DNA of 63,638 bases, the filler included, from Octopus bimaculoides (lineage: Eukaryota), in NCBI RefSeq assembly GCF_001194135.2. It is 5 parts of 5 records of this genome, joined end to end, with 100 filler letters (N's around TTAATTAATTAA, not from the genome) between each part and the next. Parts side by side here need not be neighbours in the genome. Positions count along the whole stretch, not along the records: positions 24,771 to 43,673 come from NC_068997.1; 4 more parts are not named here. One strand, given 5' to 3'. A program made the position numbers and the translations under genes. The notes beneath the pieces were generated by a model, which was given only the letters and a program-made list of their open reading frames with translations, did no database searches and was not told the origin of the DNA. Shown here piece by piece: positions 26,292 to 38,649 of the stretch; position 1 is the first letter of the stretch, and each line of letters opens with the position of its first letter.

Positions 26292-26796
26292 TATAATGTA
26301 CTGTTCCATGATGTACAATTTTTCTTTTGAGCTCTTACCTCTTCTTTGCGCAGTTCAAGCCGGTCTTGACTTTTCGAGTTAAGAGAGTAAATATGAGTAA
26401 ATTTGTAAATATGTGGTTGAGTTGGTGTGTTGGTTGAGCTATCGCTGCTCACTCCCAAGTGTGTGCATCACTTCACATAAAGAATCTCAGATGGTGAATC
26501 TTTAGAATGCCTTCTAAGTCTTAGCTGTGTCACTAATACATTAGATTTGGAGAATCTGCGTCAGTTTCTTTTGTTCTTTCTTTGAAAAACCTAGTATTTC
26601 TAGATTTTTGTGTAAATTTGTAGGTACATAGCCAAATGAACTCTGACACAGGTACAAATAGAAATTTCTAGTCGGAGTACAAGAGTACTGCATGAGTTCA
26701 CCATAAATATTAATGTATCTTTATGGAGAATTAATTTATTGTAGAACTGTTGGTATAGGTTACAGTACTAATTTTGGTATTTCAATTTGTAGGTTA

Positions 26797-27005
26797 CAAG
26801 GCAGCGAGCTGATAGAATCGTTAGCACGATGGGCAAAATGCTTCGCAGAATTTCGACTGTCTACGTTCTAAGTTCAAAATCCGTCGCGGTCGACTTTGCC
26901 TTTCATCCTTTACGGATCGATAAAATAGGTACCAGCAGAGCTTTGAGGTAAAGTGTAATCGACTTACACCGTCCCCTGATATTGCTGGCCTTTTGCCAAA
27001 ATATG
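26797..27005 (+). mobile_element. SINE family A
   Basis: AAGGCAGCGAGCTGATAGAATCGTTAGCACG...GGTCGACTTTGCCTTTCATCCTTT...GATAAAATAGGTACCAG. Confidence 0.85.
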
Positions 27006-27697
27006 TCTCTAAGTTACAGTAGTATTAACTAGTGTATTTCAGTTGCAACGAAGATGATTTTAATTGCACACACACACACACACACACACAAACACGCACA
27101 CACATACACACACACAAACACACACACAAACACACAAACACATATATAAACATATGTGCGTGTGTGTGTGTGTGTGTTTGTGTGTGAGCAACTTTCCATA
27201 CAATCATTTACTTTAGCATGTATCTTTATAAAATCCACGTATTTATATTGAACATTAATCTCTCTCNNNNNNNNNNNNNNNNNNNNNNNNNNNNNNNNNN
27301 NNNNNNNNNNNNNNNNNNNNNNNNNNNNNNNNNNNNNNNNNNNNNNNNNNNNNNNNNNNNNNNNNNNNNNNNNNNNNNNNNNNNNNNNNNNNNNNNNNNN
27401 NNNNNNNNNNNNNNNNNNNNNNNNNNNNNNNNNNNNNNNNNNNNNNNNNNNNNNNNNNNNNNNNNNNNNNNNNNNNNNNNNNNNNNNNNNNNNNNNNNNN
27501 NNNNNNNNNNNNNNNNNNNNNNNNNNNNNNNNNNNNNNNNNNNNNNNNNNNNNNNNNNNNNNNNNNNNNNNNNNNNNNNNNNNNNNNNNNNNNNNNNNNN
27601 NNNNNNNNNNNNNNNNNNNNNNNNNNNNNNNNNNNNNNNNNNNNNNNNNNNNNNNNNNNNNNNNNNNNNNNNNNNNNNNNNNNNNNNNNNNNNNNNN

Positions 27698-27730
<33 letters not shown>

Positions 27731-27779
27731 ACACATACACACACAGGTGCACACGTGGAGTATAGTTCAATGTAAGTGA

Positions 27780-27825
<46 letters not shown>

Positions 27826-28152
27826 GTGTAACCGTTGAGCTGTATGTGTCAGCTCCCTGGCAGAAACATACATACAAATTGATAGACAGGTGTGCGTCGT
27901 AAATACGTGTATATGAATACAACTGTGTATGTGTGAGTACGTTTGTGTGTGTGTATTCCATAACATGTCTGATATTGTGTATAGGCTCTCAGTCAGGTAC
28001 AGAGACATACACTGTGACACACATGGATAGACGTGCATTCACACACACACACACACATGAGACTATATATTGTGCAGCCATACGTATGCATATAATTACG
28101 CTACTCAGCTTGTGTCAATTTACAGTCAGACACAGAGTCGATACCGTATATC

Positions 28153-28189
<37 letters not shown>

Positions 28190-29031
28190 ATGCACTTGGC
28201 AATGCGACTATCTATAACTACGCGTGCATTTATACACAAACACACACACACACACACACAAGCACACAAACACACACACACACACACACATACACACACA
28301 CTCACCTGATATATGCAGTGGGTGTGTGCTTCATCTCTGCACTGTCTTTCCTTTCCGCCAGAGACATTGACAGGTGTACGTTGCTGTTGTGTAGGTATGT
28401 GTGCATTGATAAGCATAGTTCGTTGCATGTGTGCATCTATGAGTGTGTGTGTGTCTGTGTGTGTATGTTTGTGTGTGTGTGTGTGCGTGTGTGTGTATGT
28501 GCGTGTGTGTGTGTGTATTAGTTGCATTCATGTATCGTTGATGTATCAGCGATCAGACAATCAAACAACTACAGCTTCGGTATATGTGTGTGAGTAAATG
28601 TATGCAAGTGTGTGTGTGTGTGCGTGTGTGTATGTGTGTGTGTTTGTGAATGTGTACTCTTGGCAATGTGGCTGTCTATAAATACTTGCACGCACACATA
28701 TACACACCTGGTCGTATGTTGTGGGTGTGAGGGTGTATATGTGTGATAAGGTCTATTGATTTTACAAGCCACTTGTATGTCTGGCTGTCTGAGAAAATGT
28801 GTGTGCGCGCGTGTGCGCGCGTGTGCGTGTGTGTATGTGTGTCAGTGTATGCGTGTGTGTGTGTGTGTGTGTGCATCTGTGTATGTGCATGTGTGCGTAT
28901 GTATGCGTGTGTGTATAGATTACCATATCTTCGCTAATATAGATGTGGAGGTTTTAATGAATGTACGTGTGATATTTATTGTTCGTTACGATCCTGACAA
29001 CATGAGTATATGTCTATTTATGTACATATAC

Positions 29032-29065
<34 letters not shown>

Positions 29066-29315
29066 NNNNNNNNNNNNNNNNNNNNNNNNNNNNNNNNNNN
29101 NNNNNNNNNNNNNNNNNNNNNNNNNNNNNNNNNNNNNNNNNNNNNNNNNNNNNNNNNNNNNNNNNNNNNNNNNNNNNNNNNNNNNNNNNNNNNNNNNNNN
29201 NNNNNNNNNNNNNNNNNNNNNNNNNNNNNNNNNNNNNNNNNNNNNNNNNNNNNNNNNNNNNNNNNNNNNNNNNNNNNNNNNNNNNNNNNNNNNNNNNNNN
29301 NNNNNNNNNNNNNNN

Positions 29316-29355
<40 letters not shown>

Positions 29356-29884
29356 TGTGTATGTATAAATGAGTGTATGCGTACTGTTATAGTGCGTGTG
29401 TGTGCGTGTGGGTGTAATGTATTACAGATTGCGTGCATGATGGAATAACTACTTTTGACATGATTACATTGTTACGTTATGGTATTTCCTAACCCTCGAA
29501 CCATCGTGAATCACCGTTCAACATTAAAAAAAAAAACGCATCACAGACACATACATACGGAAATAGGACTGTGTAAACAGTCGTATAAAGAGAACAACAG
29601 GTTATGACGTTTCATAAACATTGACGCAATTATACTGTAACAATCAGACGTAACACCACAGAGATCATACACCCTCACACGCAGTAACAGTAGCACATGT
29701 AGCAATATCGAGACACGCACAATAAAACAACCATACAAAATACAGTAATACCAGCACTTGCACATAGTAATATCAACACACACACACGCGTCTGCATACA
29801 CATACATACGCAATTATACAACCATCCACACAGTAATACGACCATCACACACATTAATACTTGCATATTCTTACAGAAATATTG

Positions 29885-30092
29885 GTTACAAATGTTGGCA
29901 CAAGGCCAGCAATTTAGGGGGAGAAGTAAGTCGATTACATCGACCCCAATGCTCGACTAGCACTTATTTCATCGACTGCGAAGAGATAAAGTGCAAAGTC
30001 GACCGTGGTGAAATTCGAACTCAGAGCGTAACGACGGACGACATGCTGCAAAATATTTTGTCCGATGTGCTAACGATTCTGCCAAGCTCGTC
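29885..30092 (-). mobile_element. SINE family A
   Basis: GGCACAAGGCCAGCAATTT...GTCGATTACATCGACCCC...AAAGTCGACCGTGGTGAAATTCGAACTCAGAGCGTAA...TAACGATTCTGCCAAGCTCG. Confidence 0.85.
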
Positions 30093-30269
30093 GCATTATA
30101 TAATATACTTTAATATTACATTGTTAATAACACTGAAATAGCACCGCATTCAATAATACTATCAGATAGATAGTAATACGGTGAGATAACCATACATACA
30201 GAAATACTACCTCACACATTATCACCAGCAGCGCATACATATTTATAACACCATGCACACAGTAATATC

Positions 30270-30520
30270 ATTCTAAACACGGGTATGCCATCATACACAA
30301 CACGCAGGTATAACATCATACACACAGGTATATCATCATACACAGAGGTATGCCATGATACACACAGGTATGCTATCATACACAGACAGAGGTATACCAT
30401 CATAAACACGAGTATGCAATCGAACACGCAGGTATACCATCATACACAACACAATGGTGTACCATCATAAACACGGGCATACCATCATACATACAAGTAT
30501 ACCATTATACACAGAGGACT
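30270..30520 (+). repeat. Degenerate minisatellite, unit about 20 bp, consensus GGTATACCATCATACACACA
   Basis: About ten imperfect units (GGTATGCCATCATACAC, GGTATAACATCATACAC, GGTATATCATCATACAC and others). Confidence 0.8.
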
Positions 30521-31435
30521 GTCTCCAGAAATACAAAAACAGAAGTACTACGATAAACACGGAGGTTTCACCTCATAGTAATACAACTTAACATACAGGA
30601 ATACCTTCACTATATGCAGTAATACTTACACAGACATAAACAATAATACAGACATACACAGTAATACAGCTACGCACGCAAATGCCACTACACACGCGCA
30701 GTTGTACCATCACACATACAGAGTAATACCTCCCACATGCACAGCAATAGCAATTATACACTCAATAAAACAACCACACACTCACACACACACATACACA
30801 CATACATACACACACACATACACATATGCACACCGTAATACCGCCAACAGACATTGTAATAGCATCACCATACACCCTGCACAGTAATACAACCACACAA
30901 ACACGCGCGCGCGCACACACACACGTGCATACACACATACTATTATGCACGCACAGACTCACACATGCACTTATGCGCATACGCACGCACGCGCACATGG
31001 ATTTCTCCGTGTGCTTCCGCCCATCAATGTACACATATAATTAGCATACTCTGACAGATTCACTCTTATCACACACAAACATATGCACACATGAACACGT
31101 ATACCTACACATTGATACACACAAAATACGCACAGGCACATACAAATACATATGTGTATATGTATGTATATACATACATATACATGTGTATATTTATATT
31201 TATACATGTATATACATACACACAGACGCATACACACACACACATACACACAAATATATGCATACATACACATTCACGCAATGTATAGCGTTGACGCCAT
31301 CCATTAGCAGCACACCCTTTACGTCTCACATGCAAGAACGTAGTCATATGCAAGTACACAAGTACACACATATACGCACACGCACTCAAACACATACACA
31401 CGCTCGCGCGCAGTGAGAGAGATAGGGAGACAAAG

Positions 31436-31485
<50 letters not shown>

Positions 31486-32009
31486 TTTACAGATAACGCA
31501 TCAGAAACACAAATACATTATTGCATGCTGACATACTGACACAGGCAACATTATATACANNNNNNNNNNNNNNNNNNNNNNNNNNNNNNNNNNNNNNNNN
31601 NNNNNNNNNNNNNNNNNNNNNNNNNNNNNNNNNNNNNNNNNNNNNNNNNNNNNNNNNNNNNNNNNNNNNNNNNNNNNNNNNNNNNNNNNNNNNNNNNNNN
31701 NNNNNNNNNNNNNNNNNNNNNNNNNNNNNNNNNNNNNNNNNNNNNNNNNNNNNNNNNNNNNNNNNNNNNNNNNNNNNNNNNNNNNNNNNNNNNNNNNNNN
31801 NNNNNNNNNNNNNNNNNNNNNNNNNNNNNNNNNNNNNNNNNNNNNNNNNNNNNNNNNNNNNNNNNNNNNNNNNNNNNNNNNNNNNNNNNNNNNNNNNNNN
31901 NNNNNNNNNNNNNNNNNNNNNNNNNNNNNNNNNNNNNNNNNNNNNNNNNNNNNNNNNNNNNNNNNNNNNNNNNNNNNNNNNNNNNNNNNNNNNNNNNNNN
32001 NNNNNNNNN

Positions 32010-32054
<45 letters not shown>

Positions 32055-32099
32055 TGTTTTTGCACGCGTATGTATATCTCCTACACTTCCCTGCACAGA

Positions 32100-32248
32100 G
32101 GATATAGCAGCAAGCCGTAGACAGCAGACGAGACAGTAGAATCTGGCAGCAGACTACATGCATTTTAGCTGCATGTTGCAGACCTAACGTATTGCCTGCC
32201 TCATCGTGATGCAGTTGACTGTGTAACAATCTATAGAGCCTGTTGCAG
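32100..32248 (+). repeat. 149-bp unique-looking segment, inverted partner of 40277-40425
   Basis: Manual alignment gives 145/149 identity to the reverse complement of 40277-40425. Confidence 0.9.
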
Positions 32249-33274
32249 TCGTTCTGTCTCCTATGGAGACCGACAATGTCTGGCAGTACACTGTATGGGT
32301 GTGGACGTATGATATTAATTATTTGTGTGCATATGTGTGCCTGTTATATATATATATATGTGTGTGTATATAAATATATATATCGCTGCATGAGTGTGTG
32401 AATATATATGTATGTGTGTATGAATATACAAATAGATAGATACATACACACACACATAAATAATGTATCACTCATCTGAATTTATATATATATATNNNNN
32501 NNNNNNNNNNNNNNNNNNNNNNNNNNNNNNNNNNNNNNNNNNNNNNNNNNNNNNNNNNNNNNNNNNNNNNNNNNNNNNNNNNNNNNNNNNNNNNNNNNNN
32601 NNNNNNNNNNNNNNNNNNNNNNNNNNNNNNNNNNNNNNNNNNNNNNNNNNNNNNNNNNNNNNNNNNNNNNNNNNNNNNNNNNNNNNNNNNNNNNNNNNNN
32701 NNNNNNNNNNNNNNNNNNNNNNNNNNNNNNNNNNNNNNNNNNNNNNNNNNNNNNNNNNNNNNNNNNNNNNNNNNNNNNNNNNNNNNNNNNNNNNNNNNNN
32801 NNNNNNNNNNNNNNNNNNNNNNNNNNNNNNNNNNNNNNNNNNNNNNNNNNNNNNNNNNNNNNNNNNNNNNNNNNNNNNNNNNNNNNNNNNNNNNNNNNNN
32901 NNNNNNNNNNNNNNNNNNNNNNNNNNNNNNNNNNNNNNNNNNNNNNNNNNNNNNNNNNNNNNNNNNNNNNNNNNNNNNNNNNNNNNNNNNNNNNNNNNNN
33001 NNNNNNNNNNNNNNNNNNNNNNNNNNNNNNNNNNNNNNNNNNNNNNNNNNNNNNNNNNNNNNNNNNNNNNNNNNNNNNNNNNNNNNNNNNNNNNNNNNNN
33101 NNNNNNNNNNNNNNNNNNNNNNNNNNNNNNNNNNNNNNNNNNNNNNNNNNNNNNNNNNNNNNNNNNNNNNNNNNNNNNNNNNNNNNNNNNNNNNNNNNNN
33201 NNNNNNNNNNNNNNNNNNNATATATATATATATATATATACGATTGAGTAGACAAACGGGAGTTACATGTATAG

Positions 33275-33523
33275 ATCAAAACAGTTTGATTCAGAATCCT
33301 TGGTACTCTGAGTTTCAAGCGCGTGGCTAGTCTTCGGCCATTGGAGTCTGAATGAGAGTTCGATTGAAGAGAGTCAATGTTTATTACTGGACGTTAGACT
33401 GCGATTGGTCGAGAAAGGTCATGTGGTATTGATGTCGGTATTTCAGCGACAGCACAATGGCCGAAGACTGGCCACGCGCTTGAAACTCAAAGTACCAAGT
33501 ATTCTGATTCAAACTGTTTTGAT
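33275..33523. repeat. Foldback element: 69-bp inverted arms with a 111-bp spacer (MITE-like)
   Basis: Arms 33275-33343 and 33455-33523 match at 65/69 by manual alignment. Confidence 0.9.
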
Positions 33524-33543
33524 GTGCGTGTGTGCGCGCGCGC

Positions 33544-33569
<26 letters not shown>

Positions 33570-33574
<5 letters not shown>

Positions 33575-33786
33575 ATGTCTCTTCCCCCTGCTACCACCTC
33601 TTGACAACAAGTGTCGGTGTGTTTGTGTCCCAGTATGTGGCGGTTCGGTAAAAGTGACCGATAAAATAAGTACCAGGCTAAAAGAAATATGAACTAGTGT
33701 CCATTCGTTCGACTAAAATTATTCAAAGAGGTGGCCCGAGCATGGCTGCAGTCTAATGACTGAAACAAGTAAAAGATAAAAGATAT
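33570..33786 (+). mobile_element. SINE family B, 3' half
   Basis: CTTGACAACAAGTGTCGGTGTGTTT...GCATGGCTGCAGTCTAATGACTGAAACAAGTAAAAGATA. Confidence 0.85.
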
Positions 33787-33788
33787 AT

Positions 33789-34545
33789 TTGAGGAGTGCT
33801 GAAAAGTTCCTGGCTTTAAGTAGAAGAAAATACAGGAGGATCAGTTAATTATGATTTTATTGAATATATTCCCCTCTCAGATTCACACACTTATTGCAGC
33901 GGTCCTTCAGTTCTTCTAAGCGCTACAAAAGGAACTCGGAAATTTGGGCCTCCAACCAAGCCTCTGTAGCAGTGATCACTTCCGAATTGGAGAGAAATTT
34001 CGTTCCCTTGAGATATTTCTTCAGCTGTGGAAAGAGGCCAAGTCAGGAGAGTAAGGTGGGTGGTCTACCAAATCGTAGCCAAACACCTATTTTCCGTAGA
34101 GTTTCATGTGCTGAGTGTGCTGGTGCATTGTCCTACAAAAACAGGACACCATGGCTCAGCTTTCTACGGTGTTTCTGCTTCAAAGCTTCCCGTAGTTCGT
34201 CCAATAGAGATATGTAGTATACTGCGTTGATGGTGCGACCCTTTGACAGGTATTTTGTGAGGAGTATTCCGTCTTTGTCCCAGAACACTGAAGCCAGAAT
34301 CTTTCCAGTTGACTTCTAGGTCCGAAACGTCTTGGGACACGGTGAACCGCTGCGACGCCCCTGCATTGATCGCTGCTTGTTCTGGCGATCATAATGAGGA
34401 AGCCAAGTTTCATCCATGCTGACTACATGGGCCATAAAATCAGCCTCTCCCGCTGCAAACCGCTCCAAAATTGCCTCGAATGGATGAGTTGGAATTGAAG
34501 TTCTCTTTAACTAAGTACTACTCCGTGAATACTTATACCACGCTT
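33789..34545 (-). mobile_element. Classical mariner, 3' two-thirds, degenerate
   Basis: Minus translation gives MDETWLPHYD, GKILASVFWDKDGILL, DNAPAH, PPYSPDLA and CNKCVNLRGEYIQ*. The end GAGGAGTGCTGAAAAGTTCCTGGCTTT is TIR-like (irritans/Himar-like from memory). Stops and frameshifts are present. Confidence 0.9.
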
Positions 34546-34639
34546 GCTTTATCTTTCTCCAAGACATTCTTTGTGTTTGTGCGCGTGTGTGTGTGTGTGC
34601 GTGTGTTTGTGTGTTTGTGTATGTGTGTGTGTGTGGGTA

Positions 34640-35027
34640 TGTGTGTATGTCATTATTCAGTTTATTTCAAGATGTCTTGCCAATATAGAAAGAACCGATT
34701 TCTAACCTAGATCCATGGCTCCTTCATTAGAATTTCAACATCAACAACAGGGTATTTTTGTATGTATGTATGTATGTATGTATGTATGTTTGTATGTATG
34801 TATGTGCGGANNNNNNNNNNNNNNNNNNNNNNNNNNNNNNNNNNNNNNNNNNNNNNNNNNNNNNNNNNNNNNTGGCTCCTTCATTAGAATTTCAACATCA
34901 ACAACAGGGTATTTTTGTATGTATGTATGTATGTATGTATGTATGTTTGTATGTATGTATGTGCGGATTTGTATGTTTATGTATGTATTCTCATGCATAT
35001 AGTTGCATATCTTTACATGCTCATATA
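34640..35027 (-). mobile_element. Probable 3' UTR and tail of the R4-like LINE at 36377, separated from it by the DD41D insertion
   Basis: It continues the minus strand just beyond the LINE stop codon once the TA-flanked transposon is removed, and ends AAATAAACTGAATAATGAC plus a simple-repeat tail. Inference. Confidence 0.45.
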
Positions 35028-35076
35028 CAGGGTGGCCCAAAAGTAGGTTTACAGTTATTCAACTATCTCTTCAGCA

Positions 35077-35117
<41 letters not shown>

Positions 35118-36374
35118 CAGTTTAGATCTTAATTATAAAAAAAAATATGAAACTATTAGTCTATGCTAACTTAGTTAATTTTGTCAAGCTCCCTTTTCAT
35201 TTTGTAATTGTTTTTGGTCTTTTTTTTTTACGGGTACTGTAAAGTGTGCGCCATAGCAAACAATTCAAATCAAGAGTAAAGAAAGTGGATACTAAAGCCG
35301 TATTGGAAGTCTGAAAATGCCGAACAGGTGCACATAGCATGGCAAGAACCCTTTCACATTCCTCCACCTTCACGCCAGACAATTTATCGGATAAGAAATT
35401 AATTTGATACCACAGGTTCAGTGAGTAATGCGCCAAAATCTGGACACTCTAAGATTTCTGTGACTAAAAAAAATTAGATGTTAGTGGCTATGACATTTGT
35501 GAACAGTCCAAAAAAGTCCACACGACGTGCTTCTCTAGAACTATCCATACCAAGAACATCATTTGCAACGCCTAACGCATAAGCTGAAATTAAAACCTTT
35601 CCGTCTACGACTGGTACATGGTATTTTGGAGGAGGACCCAGATCGCCGGCTGCAATTCTGCGAAATGATGCGTGACCAAATTGCTAATGAACAACCAGAC
35701 TATCTGGATAAGATCATCTCATCAGATGAGGTTTACTTCAAATTATCGAGTCGTGGGCTGACCATAGAATCTCAACTGAACAAGCACAGTGTGGGGTGCA
35801 CTATCAAATGAAGGTGCTATCGAACCCTTTCTCTTTGATAGAACTGTAAATGGAGAGAACTACTTGGAAATGCTTCGTGACGTGGTACTATCACAACTCA
35901 GAATCAAAGCTAACTTTGATGAACTGTTCTTTCAGCAAGATGGAGCACCTCCACATTATGCGTTGACAGTAAGAGACTACCTTAACCAAGCTTTTCCAAA
36001 GCCTTGGTTTGGAAGACGGGGCAGCATCGAATGGCCACCACGTTCGCCTGACCTGACACCAATGGATTTCTTTTCGGGAGGTGTTGTAAAGAACAAGGTT
36101 TATGAGAAGAATCCCAAATACATTTCTGACGCATTCACTGAAATTGATGGAGATCGGAATTTGCGACGCACTGTGTCAGAGTGTTCTGAAGAGGTGTGAA
36201 GAATGTTTGACTGTTGAAGGAGGACATTTTGAGCATCTGAGAGATTAAACATGGTCTGTTTAAGATGTGCATAAAAATATCATTGTAAGATAGAAATTTA
36301 AATGTAATAGAATATTTTAAAAGAAATTTAAAGAGCTTACGTGATAACTGTAAACCTACTTTTGGGCCACCCTG
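35028..36374 (+). mobile_element. IS630-Tc1-mariner transposon, DD41D (rosa/Visitor-like), full-length ends, pseudogenised
   Basis: Perfect 31-bp TIRs CAGGGTGGCCCAAAAGTAGGTTTACAGTTAT (35028-35058, 36344-36374), TA on both sides. Motifs are SSDE, QQDGAPPH and WPPRSPDLTPMDF, with 41 residues counted between D2 and D3. Several stops, frameshifts and an internal deletion are present. Confidence 0.95.
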
Positions 36375-36376
36375 TA

Positions 36377-36960
36377 TATTTAAATGATAAACTTCTGGAA
36401 AGTTTTACAGATTCTTACAGTTCCAGTGATGGATTGGATCTGTAGTCTTCGAGTTAGCTTTCTCCTTTCTGGTTTTGAGAAGCCTAATTTCTCAAGAATG
36501 GTATTTGGGCAGTGTGTTACATATCCCAGGGCCCCAATAATTACAGGTATAAACCTGAACTTGTAATCTGGATAGAGTACCTGCAGATTTTTCAATAGTT
36601 CAGCATAGGTAGTCTCTTTTTCACTGATGATCAGCTTTATGTTAACATCCGCTGGGCAGCTAATTTCCACAACTGTACAGTTTCTCTTCTCTATTCCACA
36701 TCATTATATCAGGTATGTTGTGCTAACATCTTATTAAGGTCTTCACTGGTATATTTCACCAGTTTTCCTTTTCATTATGAGTGGCTATGGCTTTTGCTAT
36801 ATTGTGGGTTCTTATTTCTTTGTCGGAAGGATATTCCGACGGACTTCAGTGAGAAAGTACTCCAGAGCGTTAGAATGCTTAGTGTTGTTTTCATAGGATA
36901 AAGAGTAAAGCACTTTCTTGTTAGCTTCTTCAGAATCAATGTATTCCTTAACAAGAAGAC
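36377..36960 (-). mobile_element. R4/Dong-like LINE, RLE domain fragment (second family)
   Basis: NIPVKT...HNIPDIMMWNREE followed by EISCPADVNIK...YPDYKFRFIPVIIGALGYV...GTVRICKTFQKFII* fits a PD-(D/E)xK-type RLE domain. Confidence 0.85.
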
Positions 36961-37304
36961 TAAGCTGTTATTATGCTAGCCTAAGCGAGATCCTCTACGG
37001 TTAATATTAAAAAGTTAGTTCTTAGTACAATCTCTAATCTTAGTAAGGCAGACTATTTCTGCACATCGCTTTAAAGTCGCCTACAATAGCATCAGTCGCC
37101 AGTGACAGATTCCATCACGATCCAGTAGCTGTCTTATCAAGTAGCATTCAGCAGTCAGTAACAGCCTGTATTTGCTTGCGACCAGCAATGTTTTACAGTT
37201 GCCAGCCTCATCAAGTGATCTGAACAAGATACTGAAAATTAACCTTATTCATCCAATGATATCTGAAATGCTATCTAATGACAGTCAGTCTTACTTATAT
37301 TTTA

Positions 37305-37492
37305 CTTGCTTCAGTCATTAGACTGCAGCCATGCAGGGACACAGCTTTCAGGTATTTTAATCGAACAAATCGCCTTCAGTACTTACTTTCTGGTACTTAT
37401 TCTATCGGTCTCGTTTAGCGAAACGCTAAGTTGCAGGACCGTAAACACACCAAATACAGGTTGCCAAGTGGCGGAGTGGGGAAGCACAGACA

Positions 37493-37538
<46 letters not shown>

Positions 37539-37740
37539 TACTCATACACACACACATACACACATACACACACACACATATATACATATATATACATACG
37601 ACAGGGTTCTTTCGGTTTCCATCCACAAAATCCACTCACAGAGCTTTGGTCGACACAAGGCTACAGTAGAAGGCATTTGTTCAAGATACCACGCAGTAGA
37701 ACTGAACCCGAAACCATGTGAAAGATGTGGAAGTTTTGTT
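37305..37740 (-). mobile_element. SINE family B, full length, with an internal (CA)n tract
   Basis: CAGTCATTAGACTGCAGCCATGC...GGTACTTATTCTATCGGTCTC...(CA)n...TCCACTCACAGAGCTTTGGTCG...ACTGAACCCGAAACCATGTG. Confidence 0.85.
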
Positions 37741-38649
37741 ACTCAGAACTAAAAATCTGAACAATCAGTAACGAGATTGAGTTAGAATCTCGTTATATAA
37801 ATACAAACACTCTTCGAAAAGTACGGAGTGGTCCTTTTTTTTCTTTTGTTCGTATGCCCAGCAAAGCCTGATGTGTGTNNNNNNNNNNNNNNNNNNNNNN
37901 NNNNNNNNNNNNNNNNNNNNNNNNNNNNNNNNNNNNNNNNNNNNNNNNNNNNNNNNNNNNNNNNNNNNNNNNNNNNNNNNNNNNNNNNNNNNNNNNNNNN
38001 NNNNNNNNNNNNNNNNNNNNNNNNNNNNNNNNNNNNNNNNNNNNNNNNNNNNNNNNNNNNNNNNNNNNNNNNNNNNNNNNNNNNNNNNNNNNNNNNNNNN
38101 NNNNNNNNNNNNNNNNNNNNNNNNNNNNNNNNNNNNNNNNNNNNNNNNNNNNNNNNNNNNNNNNNNNNNNNNNNNNNNNNNNNNNNNNNNNNNNNNNNNN
38201 NNNNNNNNNNNNNNNNNNNNNNNNNNNNNNNNNNNNNNNNNNNNNNNNNNNNNNNNNNNNNNNNNNNNNNNNNNNNNNNNNNNNNNNNNNNNNNNNNNNN
38301 NNNNNNNNNNNNNNNNNNNNNNNNNNNNNNNNNNNNNNNNNNNNNNNNNNNNNNNNNNNNNNNNNNNNNNNNNNNNNNNNNNNNNNNNNNNNNNNNNNNN
38401 NNNNNNNNNNNNNNNNNNNNNNNNNNNNNNNNNNNNNNNNNNNNNNNNNNNNNNNNNNNNNNNNNNNNNNNNNNNNNNNNNNNNNNNNNNNNNNNNNNNN
38501 NNNNNNNNNNATGCATACATACATACATACATACATACATACATGCATACATACATACATATATGCATGCATGCATGCATACATACATACATACATACAT
38601 ACATACATACATACATACATACATACATACGTACATACATACATACATT

